From: a virus
Lineage: Duplodnaviria > Heunggongvirae > Uroviricota > Caudoviricetes
Virus record (IMG/VR): IMGVR_UViG_2579778606_000002
Span: 1 to 64,000 of that record
DNA length: 64,000 nucleotides
Strand: one strand, 5' to 3'
Shown: positions 62,380-64,000 of the stretch, piece after piece
Layout: the number at the start of each line of letters is the position of its first letter
Position numbering within the stretch: the stretch's first letter is position 1
Made by a program: the position numbers and the translations under genes
Notes under the pieces: model-generated
The model's database searches: none
Told to the model about the DNA's origin: nothing
What the model saw: the letters and a program-made list of their open reading frames with translations, nothing else

Positions 62380-63969
62380 CTACTTTTTTTCGTTGATTTG
62401 CCCGCTCAACATGTCAATCGCACCTTCTTTCGAACGTGTCAGGCGAAGGCGAGTGAAATAGTTCTCACCGTTGCGCGGATGCACATCGTTGATTGCTGTA
62501 CCCCAAAGAGTGGTGCGGTTTACCAGGGCTGGATTTGTTTCGTGGACATACGGAATAGCAGGCACAGCATCACCAGCGACCAGGCCAGCTTTACCAATGC
62601 CTTCGCCACGACCATAGAAGTAGATGTCGTCCAGGCCAAAGTCGTAGCCATGTTCCTGGAATTGTTTGCAGATAGGCTTCGGCACTTCGTAGATACGAAT
62701 GGAACCAAACAGGGTGCCGATGTATTGAATGTACGGCGACTGTACATAGCCCGGTGCCAACTGGAAGTGCTGCGGCGGTAAGGAACGCAGGAAGTTAGCA
62801 GCATCGCCACCAGCAAAGCCACCACGGATACCGGTAGTCAGGGTGCGGTCAGCCATGTCCTGTGACAGCGCGTTCACTACATGGCGAATTAAACCAACCC
62901 ACGATTCGTAGTTCTGCGCTTCTGGCAGTGCCACATCAAATTTACGACCGTAAACTGTGTGGAATACCAGAGTGCGCAGGCGCATCATATCGATTTCGTG
63001 GGAAATCCAGTTGCGCATTGCGGAGAATTGCAATGCTGCCAGTTCGAGTCCGTGTTCACGGCTCAGGTCAGATGCTGTCATAACCGTATGTTCGGATGCG
63101 ATCACGTACTGCGACGGGCGCAGGGCGTAATTGCGCATGGACTGGTTAATGACTGGTATCAGGCTCGGATTGCGTTCAATGTTGATTTCAACCTGAACAG
63201 CGATTTCTGTGCCTTCTGCTGGTGCTTCATTAAAGGTGATATCGATAACGCCGGTATCGTATTTAACTTTTGCTGTAGCAGAGAAAGAGTTGCCGTTGAC
63301 GTCTTTGTCGTTGAAATACAGGTTGCCGTCACCATCATCTACTTTGGACGGTTTGCGGTTAATCAGCAGTTTGTTGTAGCCCTGGCGCAGCGGGCAGGCC
63401 TGGCCTTCGAAGTTCTGGATATCAAACTGGAAGGTGGTTTTGCTGCCATCGCCTTTTTCGGTCAGGATGTACAGGCGTTTCATCTGCGAATACACGCCAG
63501 CAGACTGCATGTTCAGTTCATCGCCCTGCTCGAATGTACCGAATTTTGTACCAGCAACGTTGGTCAGCTCGTAAATATTGGTTTCATCACGATCACAAGG
63601 GATAAACGTACATGCGTCGCTGGTGGCTGCGCCGAGAGAAGCAGGCAGGATCAGTGCGGCATATTGTGCAACCTTCATTACACCATCGGAGGTGCGCATG
63701 TCCTTGGCTACTGATTCAAACATGGCTTTGCCAGCGCCTTCATGCGTCTCTTTAGCGGACTCCATCATCAGGCGCTCAAGTGCTACATGGGCGTTGGCTA
63801 ATACATCGCTTGCCGGATAATGCCCATGCTGGCGTTTGTATTCATGAATAGACATGGCCCAGCTACCAATAATCTGGCGAGCTGCTTCTGGTCCAACGCC
63901 TTCAAACATTGGCTCTTTCTGGATAGCTTTTTCCAGGTTAGCCATCATCACTTCGTTGTCGGTAATCAT
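62380..63969 (-). CDS. putative major capsid protein (P1 gp23-like), 529 aa
   Basis: Size and position next to sheath gene; assignment by synteny. Confidence 0.4.
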   Translation of the reverse strand: MITDNEVMMANLEKAIQKEPMFEGVGPEAARQIIGSWAMSIHEYKRQHGHYPASDVLANAHVALERLMMESAKETHEGAGKAMFESVAKDMRTSDGVMKVAQYAALILPASLGAATSDACTFIPCDRDETNIYELTNVAGTKFGTFEQGDELNMQSAGVYSQMKRLYILTEKGDGSKTTFQFDIQNFEGQACPLRQGYNKLLINRKPSKVDDGDGNLYFNDKDVNGNSFSATAKVKYDTGVIDITFNEAPAEGTEIAVQVEINIERNPSLIPVINQSMRNYALRPSQYVIASEHTVMTASDLSREHGLELAALQFSAMRNWISHEIDMMRLRTLVFHTVYGRKFDVALPEAQNYESWVGLIRHVVNALSQDMADRTLTTGIRGGFAGGDAANFLRSLPPQHFQLAPGYVQSPYIQYIGTLFGSIRIYEVPKPICKQFQEHGYDFGLDDIYFYGRGEGIGKAGLVAGDAVPAIPYVHETNPALVNRTTLWGTAINDVHPRNGENYFTRLRLTRSKEGAIDMLSGQINEKK

Positions 63970-64000
63970 GTTACCGGCAGCATCAGTGGTTGGATCGACG

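Noticed and set aside
1-64000. Insertion sequences or transposase genes (P1 carries IS1)
   Set aside because: No transposase-like ORF or terminal inverted repeats recognised anywhere in the window.

Overview
This 64 kb window reads as a near-contiguous stretch of a P1-family temperate phage-plasmid from an enterobacterium. The best anchor is a tyrosine recombinase (Cre homolog, 7777..8805, minus strand) with a 32-bp site at 8958..8989 (TAACTTTAAATAATGCCAATTATTTAAAGTTA) that matches what I recall as the rox site of the Dre/rox system of phage D6, so the window is probably D6 or a close relative rather than an undescribed element. All family assignments are from reading the translated ORFs and from memory; no database search was run. 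Recognisable modules, in order: DUF551 and small accessory genes (5' partial); SOS-controlled hot and humD with a LexA box; the phd-doc addiction module; an accessory block on the minus strand (dUTPase, DUF2829 protein); dre/rox; an AT-rich 345-aa gene; terminase pacB/pacA with a GATC-rich internal pac-like cluster and an lpa-like gene; a minus-strand tRNA island (Ile2-CAU, Ser-like, Thr, Tyr-like, Arg-UCU); an ORF-poor structured region; a coiled-coil protein and VRR-NUC nuclease; DarB-like 2283-aa methyltransferase-helicase; lipoprotein and cell-wall hydrolase; an immI-like c4/icd/ant module; portal-like and protease-like genes; a Dar-type cluster (lydA-lydB-hdf-darA-ddrA-ddrB-like, the last with an HExxH motif); tail-fibre assembly and a repeat-rich 1406-aa tail fibre; baseplate genes and a Sit-like tape measure; a P1-type plasmid replicon (DnaA box, GATC heptamers, iterons, repA, second iteron array); tail sheath and a capsid-like gene. 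Most interesting non-obvious signals: (1) an asymmetric ~10-17 bp motif TGTTAGAAAA(T/C)TAA in at least 11 intergenic copies, a candidate dispersed master-repressor operator; (2) a c4-type antisense architecture with paired target repeats ahead of icd/ant; (3) two proteins with DUF2829 (Tad2-like) C-terminal domains, candidate anti-defence sponges; (4) the HExxH motif in the DdrB-like protein; (5) a ~1.2 kb ORF-poor region ending in a minus-strand terminator. I found no CRISPR array, IS element or invertible cin/C-segment.
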